Assembly: GCA_041690595.1 (NCBI GenBank) | Contig: JAWLHB010000046.1 | Span: forward strand, 49,200-69,199 | DNA length: 20,000 bases | DNA from: Lentisphaeria bacterium | Lineage (GTDB): Bacteria; Verrucomicrobiota; Lentisphaeria; JABSQK01; JAWLHB01 | Direction: 5' to 3' | Shown: positions 18,494-20,000 of the stretch, piece after piece | Position numbering within the stretch: position 1 is the first letter of the stretch | Layout: every line of letters begins with the position of its first letter | The notes under the pieces: generated by a model | The model's database searches: none | What the model was told of the DNA's origin: nothing | The model's input: the letters and a program-made list of their open reading frames with translations, nothing else | Translations under genes and position numbers: made by a program

Positions 18494-18521
18494 GAATCGA
18501 CTTGATCGATCAAATCGATTC
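18494..18521. repeat. 28-bp near-perfect palindrome
   Basis: GAATCGACTTGATCGATCAAATCGATTC: 13 of 14 symmetric pairs match. Confidence 0.85.
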
Positions 18522-18711
18522 TGTCGCATCCGTCGAGATGGAGCCCTCTCGTTTCTCTGACCATCTTGGGCAAGGCGGCTGCTCTTGACGAAATTTCGTA
18601 ATGGGCGAGCCCGGTGGCTTTGACAAAATGCATTACTGATACTGTCGGTCTGACTGCCCCCCATGAGCGCCTGCCCTGCTACGCGCTCCCCAACTTTTCT
18701 CCTCGAATGGC

Positions 18712-18740
18712 TTGACAACAGAGCAAGGGGCAGAAACACT
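18712..18740 (+). promoter_or_regulatory. Candidate promoter upstream of the gene cassette
   Basis: Perfect TTGACA-17 bp-AACACT (imperfect -10), about 60 bp before the cassette boundary. Confidence 0.35.
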
Positions 18741-18797
18741 AATTGCGCACGCGGCCGCGCTCGGCCCGGAAAGTGAAGATTTTCTGTAGAAAAGACG

Positions 18798-19330
18798 TTC
18801 GCATATCGAAGAGGAGAACAGGTTGATGAAGGCAATTACCACATTCATAATGGCCATTTGCACGATTTCACTTGGTACTGCATTCGCGGAGCCTCTGGTG
18901 CCCCGCGAGAGCCTTCCACTAACCGAGGGGGAAAGAGCGTACCGGGTAATCGATAATGAGGCCGTGATTGGCGATGATTTGATCGAACGGCTGACAATTG
19001 GTGGGAACTACATAGCTTTTATGTACCGGAATTCTTACGACAAGGCGGTGAGTGCCCGGTTCACAATACGCCTATACAATCGCTATGGGTTCCTAATGTG
19101 CGAGAAGGACGTTAACGGGTTGGCATTGGGTAACAAAGGAGATGTTGGAGCCGATAGGCAATTCATCAAACCAGTGCCAATGAGCCGACTTATTGAGAAA
19201 ACAGGTATCAACGAACCCGCCGGTTGGGGAGACATACATTGGGTCGTAATCAGCGACACCAACACGCGGGATAAGACTCCGAACAAAGACAATGCGCTGG
19301 ATGCTCCTTCGTCGCGCCAGTGATCCAGTG
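18798..19330 (+). mobile_element. Integron gene cassette (ORF + attC), no integrase in window
   Basis: Bounded by G|TTCGCA (18797-18803) and the attC R' G|TTCTGC (19330-19336). The upstream core site is a 6/7 complement of the cassette's own R'' TCCGAAC. It carries an RBS and one ORF and is visibly more AT-rich than the host genes. Confidence 0.75.
18826..19323 (+). CDS. Cassette-borne secreted hypothetical protein, 165 aa
   Basis: GAGGAG RBS at 18811-18816, ATG 18826, signal peptide MKAITTFIMAICTISLGTAFA|EP. The ORF runs into the attC and stops within it. Confidence 0.8.
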   Translation: MKAITTFIMAICTISLGTAFAEPLVPRESLPLTEGERAYRVIDNEAVIGDDLIERLTIGGNYIAFMYRNSYDKAVSARFTIRLYNRYGFLMCEKDVNGLALGNKGDVGADRQFIKPVPMSRLIEKTGINEPAGWGDIHWVVISDTNTRDKTPNKDNALDAPSSRQ

Positions 19331-19336
19331 TTCTGC
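19278..19336 (+). other. attC site (59-base element)
   Basis: TCCGAAC-aaagaca-AT[G]CGCTGG[A]TGC-tccttcgtc-GCGCCAGTGAT-ccagt-GTTCTGC: AAC/GTT core, unpaired spacers, paired arms with two extrahelical bases, 59 bp long. Confidence 0.8.
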
Positions 19337-19818
19337 ACGGAGGGAGCATGAGCCAGTCTCTTTCATGGCGGTAACGGGCATCGGTCCGACCAATGATATC
19401 GAGGACCAACGGAACGATTTCCGAAGCCGGTGCGCGGCCCTCGTCACCGAATCGCTACGCCCGGGTCGCACAGCACCGCCGCCAAGACGCAGGTAGCAGG
19501 TTCAACCACTCATGAAAACCGCTTGACCCCCTTGTCTCATGACCTCGCCCGTGCTCGTACCCGTGCGGGGCGCGAATTGACAGATACCGACCTCGACGCC
19601 ACGGACATCTCGAAGGCGACCGTCTTCCACTGTAAGAAGTGCGCCAGAGAAGCCGGCAAGTGGTTCAGCCACCAGACCTGGTAGTATGCCGTCGCTGACG
19701 ACACCACACTGGAGCTTCTGGGCATAGAACACGCGACCAAGGCTAGCTTGTCAAGTACATGCCAGATAAGGTAGCCATTCTGTCTATCGTGAGCCACAGG
19801 GCACTGCCCCGGACCCAG

Positions 19819-19840
19819 CTGGGGAGGCGCACCTCCCCAG
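19819..19840. repeat. Perfect GC-rich inverted repeat (9-bp stem, 4-nt loop)
   Basis: CTGGGGAGG-cgca-CCTCCCCAG, preceded by GGGCACTGCCC. Confidence 0.8.
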
Positions 19841-20000
19841 ACCCCTCGATGTTTTCTTGTCGGGTTATGAAGATCGGCAGAGAGCGCAGGAATTGGCAGA
19901 CGGGGGGGACGCGGGGGAACCACGGAGAAGGCGGCGAGGCATGCGGGGGGGGGGTAAAATGGGATATGGGGACCCCCCATTACGGGTTCAACCCAAAAGG

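Noticed and set aside
18447..18835. Integron integrase or its remnant on the minus strand
   Set aside because: The short ORFs there show no tyrosine-recombinase R-H-R-Y motifs.
19537..19980. 147-aa minus-strand ORF
   Set aside because: Pro-rich low-complexity translation of the G-rich tract and hairpins; no coding signature.
1..20000. CRISPR array, tRNA, rRNA or known defence genes
   Set aside because: No regularly spaced direct repeats, cloverleaf or rRNA signatures, or recognisable defence domains seen.

Overview
High-GC window whose gene content suggests a PVC-superphylum bacterium, probably Lentisphaerota-like (inference from DUF1559/H-X9-DG-type prepilins that lack the -1 Gly). All supportable genes are on the + strand. 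(1) 1-3460: tail of a type II secretion/type IV pilus-like operon, with a partial DG-motif pilin-like gene, three translationally coupled minor pseudopilins and two tandem divergent GspF/PilC platform genes. (2) 3602-12432: a glycan-utilisation-like cluster with a cytoplasmic GH-like protein, a 1364-aa secreted multidomain protein with clan GH-A-like glutamates, a prepilin with an H-X11-DG motif, and a DUF4838 + GH2-type sugar-binding protein. (3) 12693-17942: grpE-dnaJ (no dnaK/hrcA), an NAD-dependent epimerase, an EEP-family phosphoesterase and a glucose/sorbosone dehydrogenase-like lipoprotein. (4) About 18.0-20.0 kb: an accessory region with a clear 59-bp integron attC site closing a gene cassette for a secreted protein, remnants of further cassettes, a 28-bp palindrome and GC-rich hairpins, with no integrase in view. 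Family calls come from motif recognition by eye, not database searches.
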